Positions 1 through 6,995 of a DNA stretch of 37,878 nt are shown here, piece after piece. The stretch's first letter is position 1; the number at the start of each line of letters is the position of its first letter. The stretch is from a virus. Lineage: Duplodnaviria; Caudoviricetes. The notes under the pieces were generated by a model, which worked only from the letters and a program-made list of their open reading frames with translations, did not search any database and had not been told where the DNA came from. The stretch is from positions 1 through 37,878 of the IMG/VR virus record IMGVR_UViG_3300020045_005114; one strand, 5' to 3'. Both the position numbers and the translations under genes were made by a program.

Positions 1-19
1 ATTTATATTAATTCTAAAT
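1..19. promoter_or_regulatory. Fur-box-like 19-bp palindrome (equivalent of 32598-32616)
   Basis: ATTTATATTAATTCTAAAT versus ideal palindrome ATTTAGAATnATTCTAAAT. Confidence 0.55.
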
Positions 20-45
20 AAAAACCCACCGTTTAAAGTGGGTTA
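20..45 (-). terminator. Intrinsic terminator after the DUF3127 gene (copy near 32617-32640)
   Basis: ACCCAC-cgtttaaa-GTGGGT stem preceded by an A-run (U-tail on minus strand). Confidence 0.6.
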
Positions 46-62
46 ATAAGTGGGTGAATAAA

Positions 63-395
63 TTAGAATGGTAAGTTGTCTTCAACTTCTGGTTCATTAA
101 CTATTTCTGGCATTTCGGTAACTTGCTCTGATTTACTAATTTTCCAGCCTTGAATAGTATTAAAGTAAACTACTTCGCCTTTAGGATTTGTCCATTCACG
201 ACCTCGCAAATTTATTCCTATCGTAACATTTTGCCCAACTTCATAACCGTTTAAAATATCACATTTATCCTGTACGAATTGAGCTTGTATATGCTGTGGA
301 TATTGTTCTTCTGTTGTAACTACTACGTTTCTACTTTTAAACGTTCCTTTTTCAATAGTTTCACCTATTACTTTAATTTTTCCTGAAATTTCCAT
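63..395 (-). CDS. DUF3127 family OB-fold ssDNA-binding protein (allele A)
   Basis: MEISGKIKVI..YPQ.I..QF.QDK..INLRGREW..YFN.IQGWKI with acidic DNLPF tail; next to SSAP. Confidence 0.85.
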   Translation of the reverse strand: MEISGKIKVIGETIEKGTFKSRNVVVTTEEQYPQHIQAQFVQDKCDILNGYEVGQNVTIGINLRGREWTNPKGEVVYFNTIQGWKISKSEQVTEMPEIVNEPEVEDNLPF

Positions 396-414
396 GTTTT
401 ATTTAATTTAATTG

Positions 415-651
415 TTATTTATTATTTCTGCGTTCTTCTCTTAATTGATATTCTCTTTCTGCTAATTGTTTTTTACCAATTTTTACAGCTCCGTAAAATA
501 TTGAATATTGTTCGTCTTTCATATTTTCTGCCCAATCACTTTTTTCTTCATCTACTCTTTTAGATGATAAATATACCATTCTTATTTCATTAGGAATTGA
601 CATATAATGTTCTTCGCTCATTCTTAAAAATACTTCTCTGTTACTTTGCAT
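415..651 (-). CDS. hypothetical phage protein
   Basis: ORF conserved in allele B (33053-33289). Confidence 0.8.
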   Translation of the reverse strand: MQSNREVFLRMSEEHYMSIPNEIRMVYLSSKRVDEEKSDWAENMKDEQYSIFYGAVKIGKKQLAEREYQLREERRNNK

Positions 652-657
652 AATTTT

Positions 658-1200
658 TTATTTTTTAAGTTCGTTATTAAATTTACCAAATTGGTAACGT
701 ATTTTTCCATTATTATCTTTACAGCCTAAATAGGTTAGTTTCCCATCTATAAACTGCGAAAACCATATCCACTCCTTTAGCTTAAAATTCCAAGTTGGCT
801 TATTTGTAGTTTTATCAAATTCGTCCGATGTTAATTGAACTTGAATAAGTGGATAATCGTACAATTCTCTGCCTATACCAAGATTAAAACAAGCTCTTTT
901 AAATGCATCAGATGCTTCACCTTTTTCTTTTTCTGTGTTGCTTTCAGTTCCTACATCTTGCTTCCAAATCCATTGACTAAGTTTGTCGCTCCAAATGCCA
1001 ACCGAACAAAACAAATGATTATCTATTAGTTCGTATTTCTTTTGCCAACCCTCAACGCTATAAACATCGTCAAGGCGTTTCATATCGACTCTGGCATCTT
1101 TATAAGCTAATATAGTAGCGTAACCTCCTTTGTTAACTGATTGTACTCTAAAGTCAATTTCGTTAATTTCTAAAGGCGTATTTATTTTTAACTGTATCAT
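658..1200 (-). CDS. Rad52/Rad22 (Sak-like) single-strand annealing recombinase
   Basis: YKDAR.DM.RLD, WKQDVG.ES, EKG.ASDAFKRA..GIGRELY motifs; adjacent to SSB. Confidence 0.8.
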   Translation of the reverse strand: MIQLKINTPLEINEIDFRVQSVNKGGYATILAYKDARVDMKRLDDVYSVEGWQKKYELIDNHLFCSVGIWSDKLSQWIWKQDVGTESNTEKEKGEASDAFKRACFNLGIGRELYDYPLIQVQLTSDEFDKTTNKPTWNFKLKEWIWFSQFIDGKLTYLGCKDNNGKIRYQFGKFNNELKK

Positions 1201-1205
1201 AATTT

Positions 1206-1415
1206 TTATTTTGAAAATTCATTAATAAAATAATCATCACTTTTAATGTCTATATTTTGTAAAACTGACATTCCACCGTGTAAGTATGCTATTTTTATTT
1301 GAGCATCTTGTATAACCTCAGCGTTTAATAACATTTCTAAAACTTCTTCATAAGTGTAGTTTTGAACTGTATCGCTTTCTATTTTTTCAATTAACTGTGC
1401 TACTGCTGTTTTCAT
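1206..1415 (-). CDS. hypothetical protein (MKTAV-type small phage protein), allele A only
   Basis: ORF in operon orientation. Confidence 0.7.
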   Translation of the reverse strand: MKTAVAQLIEKIESDTVQNYTYEEVLEMLLNAEVIQDAQIKIAYLHGGMSVLQNIDIKSDDYFINEFSK

Positions 1416-1420
1416 AATTT

Positions 1421-1582
1421 TTATTTAATTTTAGGTTTCCAATATCCGATTGCGTACTCTTGTTTTTTAACGCGTTCTTTATCAAAAAAATGAAAATTTG
1501 TAACTTCATTTAAACGCTCGTGATTCATTACTAATATATAACAACCACCACCTATGCTTTCTACTTTATAATCTTTGTTCAT
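1421..1582 (-). CDS. small hypothetical protein (53 aa, MNKDYKVESIGGG...), not in ORF track
   Basis: Read manually; fills the gap between neighbouring ORFs. Confidence 0.55.
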   Translation of the reverse strand: MNKDYKVESIGGGCYILVMNHERLNEVTNFHFFDKERVKKQEYAIGYWKPKIK

Positions 1583-1790
1583 CGTTTAATATTTTATAGA
1601 TTTCTTCATCGTAACCGTGTAATAACTCTTGAATGTCTACTGGCGAATTTTCTAAGTATATACTATGTACTTCAACATCAGGAAATCCCTCTGGGTCGTA
1701 TTGTGTCGCCGGGTAATATTTACCACTTACTGTATAATAAGCTGTTAAACTTATACCGTTTAAATCAAATGTGTGTGCGTTTAGTTTCAT
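1566..1790 (-). CDS. hypothetical acidic protein
   Basis: Conserved in allele B (33926-34150). Confidence 0.8.
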   Translation of the reverse strand: MKLNAHTFDLNGISLTAYYTVSGKYYPATQYDPEGFPDVEVHSIYLENSPVDIQELLHGYDEEIYKILNDEQRL

Positions 1791-1795
1791 AATCT

Positions 1796-1903
1796 TTAAT
1801 TATTAGCTACTATATGAAATGCACGTACCATACGGTCATTATCATTTAAGTAAATGTTATTTATTCTTTTCATCCATTGGTAAAATTTTTCTGTGTTGCT
1901 CAT
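1796..1903 (-). CDS. 35-aa protein (MSNTEKFYQWMKR...), first gene of leftward early operon
   Basis: Read manually; conserved at 34624-34731. Confidence 0.7.
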   Translation of the reverse strand: MSNTEKFYQWMKRINNIYLNDNDRMVRAFHIVANN

Positions 1904-1928
1904 AATTTCTTTGTTTTAAATTGTTTGA

Positions 1929-2031
1929 CAAATATACAACTAAATTTGAATAATACAACATTATGATGATATTTATAATAATTCTAAATTAGCTTAGTTT
2001 GTGAATTATATACTTACATGTTGTATATTTG
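1929..2031. promoter_or_regulatory. Divergent Bacteroidota primary-sigma promoters flanking a Fur-box-like palindrome
   Basis: Leftward TATATTTG at 1929-1936 with TTG 19 bp upstream; rightward TATATTTG at 2024-2031 with TTTG at 1998-2001; palindrome at 1971-1989. Conserved in allele B. Confidence 0.75.
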
Positions 2032-2083
2032 TTGAAATTAAAATAGGATATAACGTAGATGGTAATTTAAAGAAAATGTAATT

Positions 2084-2290
2084 ATGAAAAAAATAACTTT
2101 TGAACAAGCGGAACAATTTGAATTTTTAGATAAATGTGCTATTTCAGCTATGAATAGCTTAATAGCTAATGAAAAAGGTAGAATATACCAAAGTTCTGAA
2201 CAAATTGACAGAACACCAAACAGAATAGCTGAACAATCGTATAAACAAGCGGAAGAAATGCTAAAAGTTCGTTCAAAAATACGAATGTAG
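2084..2290 (+). CDS. hypothetical protein, probably related to the LRDYFAAKAM family
   Basis: LDKCAISAM...SYKQAEEML resembles 34401-34619; ends just before a TAAC cassette boundary. Confidence 0.7.
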   Translation: MKKITFEQAEQFEFLDKCAISAMNSLIANEKGRIYQSSEQIDRTPNRIAEQSYKQAEEMLKVRSKIRM

Positions 2291-2300
2291 CTATTTATTA

Positions 2301-2520
2301 TAACGTTTGCCGTTACAAAACGCCACCTGAGTGGATGCGTAGGTTCGGCGGTGGGTTGTAACGGTTGTTAGTAGCTGGACTGATTTTAAAAACTAAATAT
2401 TAATTATAAAAACTAAAATTATGAATGTAGTAAGTTTATTTTATATCTTTTTGCTAATAATTTGCATTATAAAAATAAGAAAAGATTACTTTGAAAAGTA
2501 AATGCAGTCTTGATACTAAC
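2301..2520 (+). mobile_element. Integron-like cassette C1 (hairpin 2301-2370 plus 26-aa ORF)
   Basis: TAAC-gttt-GCCGTTACAA...TTGTAACGGT-t-GTTA; GTTAGTAGCTGGACTG (2367-2382) is inverted at CAGTCTTGATACTAAC (2505-2520). Confidence 0.75.
2421..2501 (+). CDS. 26-aa hydrophobic peptide MNVVSLFYIFLLIICIIKIRKDYFEK (cargo of C1)
   Basis: Read manually; AT-rich leader; single hydrophobic stretch. Confidence 0.45.
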   Translation: MNVVSLFYIFLLIICIIKIRKDYFEK

Positions 2521-2550
2521 TATCTGATAACCGCTATAAATGTATTACAA
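2517..2550 (+). other. attI-like cassette landing site, copy 1
   Basis: TAACTATCTGATAACCGCTATAAATGTATTACAA; homologous to 35917-35950 and to 26182-26215 (minus). Confidence 0.7.
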
Positions 2551-2552
2551 TT

Positions 2553-2666
2553 ATGAAAAAAGTAATTAACACGCTCGAAAAGAGTATCGAACTCGCAAAA
2601 GAATTGAATCTCAACAGTTATACTGTTGTTAAAGATGGATTTGTAATAAATGTTAAAATAAAGTAG
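2553..2666 (+). CDS. 37-aa protein (MKKVINTLEKSIELAKEL...)
   Basis: Read manually; conserved at 35953-36066. Confidence 0.65.
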   Translation: MKKVINTLEKSIELAKELNLNSYTVVKDGFVINVKIK

Positions 2667-2671
2667 GAAAT

Positions 2672-2884
2672 ATGGATAAAAAAATAAAACAATTAATAAA
2701 AGAAATTGAAAAGGTAGAGAACATGTATTTAGATAAAAAAGTAATTTTAATTGAATTAAAAAGAATTATAAAAAACAATACTTTTTATTGTAAAAATGAA
2801 AATTTTGTAAAAAATTATCACGGTGAATATTGTAAAAACCAATGTGAAGAATGCGGTTTAAAAAGTAACAAATCTAAACCCTAA
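2672..2884 (+). CDS. hypothetical protein with C-terminal Cys4 module
   Basis: FYCKNE.FVKNYHGEYCK.QCEEC is shared with 26524-26913. Confidence 0.7.
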   Translation: MDKKIKQLIKEIEKVENMYLDKKVILIELKRIIKNNTFYCKNENFVKNYHGEYCKNQCEECGLKSNKSKP

Positions 2885-3269
2885 CCTTAGGCAAATAAAA
2901 CCATAAAAATACAAATAAACACAATATAAAAAACAGGCTTGTATAGTCTGTTTTTTTTGTTTCCTTAGTCTTTGTTATTTCAATTGTTTTAGTGATTGTT
3001 TGCCTAATGTAAATCGTTTTTGTGAGTATATTATGCTTACTTTTATCTTTTGTAATTATAACGTTCTTATATTCTTTACCGTTTAGAAACATTGACTTAT
3101 TATTATCAAATGGTTTGATAGTGAATATATCATTTAAGATAGTTTCTTGCTTTAATATTACATCATTATTAGTTGTGATAGTTCCTGATTCAATCGTACT
3201 TTTATTTAGCTTAACGTCTCGTGTTGTAGAGCATGAAATGAATAACAGTAAAATGATTAAATATTTCAT
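2874..3269 (-). CDS. putative unimolecular spanin (lipoprotein with C-terminal TM)
   Basis: Lipobox-like LLFISC, beta-rich middle, C-terminal hydrophobic helix, directly after endolysin. Confidence 0.7.
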   Translation of the reverse strand: MKYLIILLLFISCSTTRDVKLNKSTIESGTITTNNDVILKQETILNDIFTIKPFDNNKSMFLNGKEYKNVIITKDKSKHNILTKTIYIRQTITKTIEITKTKETKKTDYTSLFFILCLFVFLWFYLPKVRV

Positions 3270-3745
3270 GAAAGATATTTTTTAAGTAATTCTTTTCGGT
3301 GTTCAATACCATTTAAACCTCCGTTAATTTTTTTAGTTATTCCTATAATATCATTTTTATCAGCTAATTTATTCAATGCTTTTAAATTCCAAAACCATAA
3401 AGCACTAATCATTGCGTTTGCCTCTTGCTCTAATAATTCGGGTTTATTTAAAAAATCAATCTTAGTGTCTTTAGATAACTTTAAATAATTATAACGTCCT
3501 GTAATTTGAATGTAACCACGACCGCAATATTTTTGACCATCGTTATCATCTTCGGGGGTATTTCCTAAACTTTCAGCAAGTTTGCCAATATCATATTTAT
3601 CTAAATATTTGTCGCTTCCTAATTCACGCAAATACTTAAAACCTCCGCTTTCATGTTCAATTTGAGCCATGAAATGTGCAATTCTTAACCGAGTATTAAG
3701 TCCATATTTTTCGAATAAAGTTTTATATTTTGTTTGTAGGTTCAT
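3266..3745 (-). CDS. endolysin, glycoside hydrolase family 19
   Basis: HFMAQ..HESGGF, GRGYIQITGR.NY, ITKKINGG.NG motifs. Confidence 0.92.
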   Translation of the reverse strand: MNLQTKYKTLFEKYGLNTRLRIAHFMAQIEHESGGFKYLRELGSDKYLDKYDIGKLAESLGNTPEDDNDGQKYCGRGYIQITGRYNYLKLSKDTKIDFLNKPELLEQEANAMISALWFWNLKALNKLADKNDIIGITKKINGGLNGIEHRKELLKKYLS

Positions 3746-4049
3746 TTGTCTTGTCTTCTATAAATTCATGATGCCATTTTTTGTAAAAATTCGCATTTTT
3801 TTTTTCTTGTAATTCTTGTTCTAATATTTCACTTCTTATTTTAGAATCACGTATGTAAGTTCTTAATTTATAATAAGCAAAAAAAACACCTATTAAAGTC
3901 AATAAAAACTGTACAAAATTAGTTGCATTTGATAAATAAAACTCCCCAAACGTAAGCTTTTTTACAACGTCAATTAACGTAAACGAGTACAAACAATAGA
4001 AACTATAATTTAACGTGTTGAATAGATATTTTATTAAATGCATAATCAA
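3723..4049 (-). CDS. membrane protein, holin candidate
   Basis: Hydrophobic helix plus charged C-terminus, upstream of endolysin. Confidence 0.55.
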   Translation of the reverse strand: MIMHLIKYLFNTLNYSFYCLYSFTLIDVVKKLTFGEFYLSNATNFVQFLLTLIGVFFAYYKLRTYIRDSKIRSEILEQELQEKKNANFYKKWHHEFIEDKTNEPTNKI

Positions 4050-4347
4050 AAATTTGGGAGGTAATTATTAACAAATATAACGAAAAATAAAGTTGTTCGT
4101 TTAATAATTCGTATATGCTATTTAAGAATATAATTGCAATTATACATCTTATAAGATACACATTATTTTTTATAGGGCAAAAGAAATAATGTAATAAAGC
4201 AATAGCACATATGAAGGTATCAATTAAATCAAACGTAAAATAGTTTTCATTATAAAACCGACTATCTTTTAAAAATAAAAAACAAAATACCCAATTACCC
4301 ACTATTATAATAGGCAAGCAATTGAGTATTTTACTAAAAATTTTCAT
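4003..4347 (-). CDS. multi-TM membrane protein in lysis module
   Basis: 3-4 hydrophobic segments. Confidence 0.6.
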   Translation of the reverse strand: MKIFSKILNCLPIIIVGNWVFCFLFLKDSRFYNENYFTFDLIDTFICAIALLHYFFCPIKNNVYLIRCIIAIIFLNSIYELLNEQLYFSLYLLIITSQIFDYAFNKISIQHVKL

Positions 4348-4601
4348 TATGTTTTTTTAGGTTTTGGTAAACCTACATTATCTACTTCAGCAAATGTATC
4401 AATCTTTTTAGATGTCGGAGTAAAAAAGTTTTTTATTAAGTAACCTATTGCAGTTACAATTAAAACTTTTATTTCTGAACTAATGTTTAAAGAAGGTATA
4501 AGCGTTTCTTGTAGCCAATTTAAAACAGCTACTATTACAACCATTAAAACTGCTTTACCAAAATCCAACCAATTAAGGCTTAAAAAATTACTTGTTTTCA
4601 T
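4347..4601 (-). CDS. putative holin (2 TM)
   Basis: 84 aa, two hydrophobic helices, basic tail, in lysis module. Confidence 0.65.
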   Translation of the reverse strand: MKTSNFLSLNWLDFGKAVLMVVIVAVLNWLQETLIPSLNISSEIKVLIVTAIGYLIKNFFTPTSKKIDTFAEVDNVGLPKPKKT

Positions 4602-4611
4602 ATTTATTTAT

Positions 4612-4773
4612 TTAAAGTTTATTATAAAATTCTTTTGTTTCAAAGTCGAAGTATGGGTTATCCATTTCAACTGTCCTAAGTTGTTCGACTGCTATTTCAT
4701 TTTCTTGTAAATTGCTAATGTCCTGAGTAGCGTATAATTCTTTACCATCTTTGTTTAAAATTGTGTATATCAT
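4612..4773 (-). CDS. 53-aa protein after tail fibre (possible fibre chaperone), not in ORF track
   Basis: MIYTILNKDGKELY...NPYFDFETKEFY, read manually. Confidence 0.6.
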   Translation of the reverse strand: MIYTILNKDGKELYATQDISNLQENEIAVEQLRTVEMDNPYFDFETKEFYNKL

Positions 4774-4778
4774 GATTT

Positions 4779-5939
4779 TTAATTTGTTAGTAAAAATGAT
4801 GAATGGAACATTGAGTCTCCAGAATTAGATAATTGCCCAACTTCAAAAATATAATTGTCAATTGTCGGGTCAAATGTGTATGTGTCTATGGCAACAGAAC
4901 TATTAATCATATCTGAAGGTGCGTTACCTGTTGAAAAACCTTTTAAAGTAGTGCCTTCAATTGAAAATCTTCTTGAAATAACCTGATTTAAGTTAGCCGT
5001 ACTCCCTAAATTGCTTGCTATTATTGTCGCACCAGTCAAAGTGTTAGTCGTGTTTATTCTAATCGTTTGAGTTAAAGTTCCAGCAGTCCCAATCTTTCCA
5101 ACTCTTGACGTCATTATATTAAGAAATCCTCCACTTTTAAACGTATTAGCAGGTATCAATTGCGAAAATAAAACAGTTTGCGAAATAGTCCCTGTTATAG
5201 TCGAACCAGTTGTTGTATTAGAAATTATATTACGTGTTACATTAGCCAAATAATCATAAACAGCATCTCCACTTGGTGACTTGTCCGTTACTCCGTTGGT
5301 TATTGTTTGTGTTATTTTTGCGTCAACATCATCCGTAGTGGCTAAAGTATAATCTCCAGCTACTGTTTTTGCAGGGAAGTTTAGAGTGGTATCTACTGTC
5401 GGGTTGATTGCCTCTATATTCGTTACATAAATATCATTACGCTGTGTTATACGGACTATACCTCCTAAAACTTGAATTGCAGAACTTTTACCTAAAGAGT
5501 TATTATTCGAAGAAATTTCAACCCTATCATACTCTGTTCTTATTGCCGAAAAATTATCAGTATCCGTATTATCTCTTATAACTATTTTGAACTCTAAGTT
5601 TTCTTCGCCATCATAGTCATTCAATAAAGATGCATATCCAGTTTGATTAGAGCTTATAGTTTCTGCATAACTTCCAACATCTAAAACTTTCTGTAAATCA
5701 ATTGCATTAACCGCATCAACTGTCGGGTATTTAGTTCCCGTTCCATCAATAGCAAGGGAGTTTTGTTTATTTGCAACATCTTCTTTGCCTGATATAATAG
5801 GCGTTATATTACTTTTACGTATCTTTTTGCTCGTACCTTGTGCGCTTTCTGTTGTATCAGAAACATCAATTATATACAAAAAGTCATTATCATCTGGAGT
5901 CGTTAACTCTGTTTTGTCTGTTAATCTTGCGTTTGCCAT
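4779..5939 (-). CDS. tail fibre / receptor-binding protein
   Basis: T/S/N-rich modular protein with KEDVANK..TKYPTV.AV and ITNGVT..PS.DAVYD linker motifs. Confidence 0.7.
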   Translation of the reverse strand: MANARLTDKTELTTPDDNDFLYIIDVSDTTESAQGTSKKIRKSNITPIISGKEDVANKQNSLAIDGTGTKYPTVDAVNAIDLQKVLDVGSYAETISSNQTGYASLLNDYDGEENLEFKIVIRDNTDTDNFSAIRTEYDRVEISSNNNSLGKSSAIQVLGGIVRITQRNDIYVTNIEAINPTVDTTLNFPAKTVAGDYTLATTDDVDAKITQTITNGVTDKSPSGDAVYDYLANVTRNIISNTTTGSTITGTISQTVLFSQLIPANTFKSGGFLNIMTSRVGKIGTAGTLTQTIRINTTNTLTGATIIASNLGSTANLNQVISRRFSIEGTTLKGFSTGNAPSDMINSSVAIDTYTFDPTIDNYIFEVGQLSNSGDSMFHSSFLLTN

Positions 5940-5946
5940 ATTTTTT

Positions 5947-6513
5947 TTAATTTAAAAAGAAAGTACCATCTTGAAATAAAATTCTGTCGCCATTTTGATA
6001 TAAGAAAAAGAAAGGTTCTTCAGTTCCCATATCTATAAATCCTGCACTATTTAAGTCGCTAATAAAATATGCACTATCTTCCTCTTTACCTTGAAAATCT
6101 ATTTTAATACCGTTTAAATCGCTTTTTCCCGAACCTGTCGTATAAGTTACATTGCCTGAATTTAAACCGTTATATAGTCCAAAAATTCTATATTTACCGT
6201 TGTTATCCTTGAATAATAATCTGAACTCTAAAGAACTCAATTCGTTTATATCTTTTGTACTTGAAGTCGGAAAAGTCAAAGAAATACTTTGATTATAAAA
6301 CTTACCACCATTATTTATTTCCATTGTTTCAGTTGGTGTAGGGTTTTGAACGCTATTAAATTCGTATATAAAAGTTTCAGGAAAAGAAACTAAATAATTT
6401 CCATCAGTAACTATTTGACTCCTGTTATATTTCTTAAATTTTAATAGCCAAATATTACTTACACCCGAACTGCCGTCCTTACATTTACGATTAAATCCGT
6501 TTATAATTTCCAT
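5947..6513 (-). CDS. tail-tube-like structural protein, paralogue of 9994-10503
   Basis: G.NRKCK.G..GV..I.L, KD.NG, GL.NG, TG.GKSDLNG align with 9994-10503. Confidence 0.65.
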   Translation of the reverse strand: MEIINGFNRKCKDGSSGVSNIWLLKFKKYNRSQIVTDGNYLVSFPETFIYEFNSVQNPTPTETMEINNGGKFYNQSISLTFPTSSTKDINELSSLEFRLLFKDNNGKYRIFGLYNGLNSGNVTYTTGSGKSDLNGIKIDFQGKEEDSAYFISDLNSAGFIDMGTEEPFFFLYQNGDRILFQDGTFFLN

Positions 6514-6995
6514 CCTGCTGTTAAATTCATTCCCTTAATAGCATTAACTTCATCTTGGTAACATTTATACTCTGGTAAGTAATTTTTACAAATCCACTTG
6601 TTAAATCTAATCACATACATCTGAGCCATATTTTTATACTTACCAGCTAAAAATTGTACTTCTTGTTTATCTACAACCTCTATTTTATCGCCAGTATGCT
6701 TATAAATTCCTGCATTATCAACCATATAAGAAGCAATCTCTATATACTGCGCTACTGATTCATTTTTAGTGATTGGCTTTATAAAATCATTGTATAATTC
6801 CAAATACAAACCGCTTAACGTATTAGCTGTTTTGTCAGCAACTATTTTATCATACAATTGGCTACCAAGTAATGGTTCGATAGTTGTTAACTGAACGTTT
6901 GCGATACAAAAAACAAATTTATCCGTATCTGTATTTCCACTCAATATTGTTGAGCTTGTCATTTCTTGAGGTGTTATAAATAATAATTCTGCCAT
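6501..6995 (-). CDS. head-tail adaptor protein
   Basis: Follows portal; Q...IEPLLG.QLY.KI motif. Confidence 0.65.
   Translation of the reverse strand: MAELLFITPQEMTSSTILSGNTDTDKFVFCIANVQLTTIEPLLGSQLYDKIVADKTANTLSGLYLELYNDFIKPITKNESVAQYIEIASYMVDNAGIYKHTGDKIEVVDKQEVQFLAGKYKNMAQMYVIRFNKWICKNYLPEYKCYQDEVNAIKGMNLTAGWKL

Noticed and set aside
2421-2501. MNVVSLF start resembling motif I of C5 DNA methyltransferases
   Set aside because: Only 7 residues with no following G.GG; it could be a deletion relic but this is unsupported.
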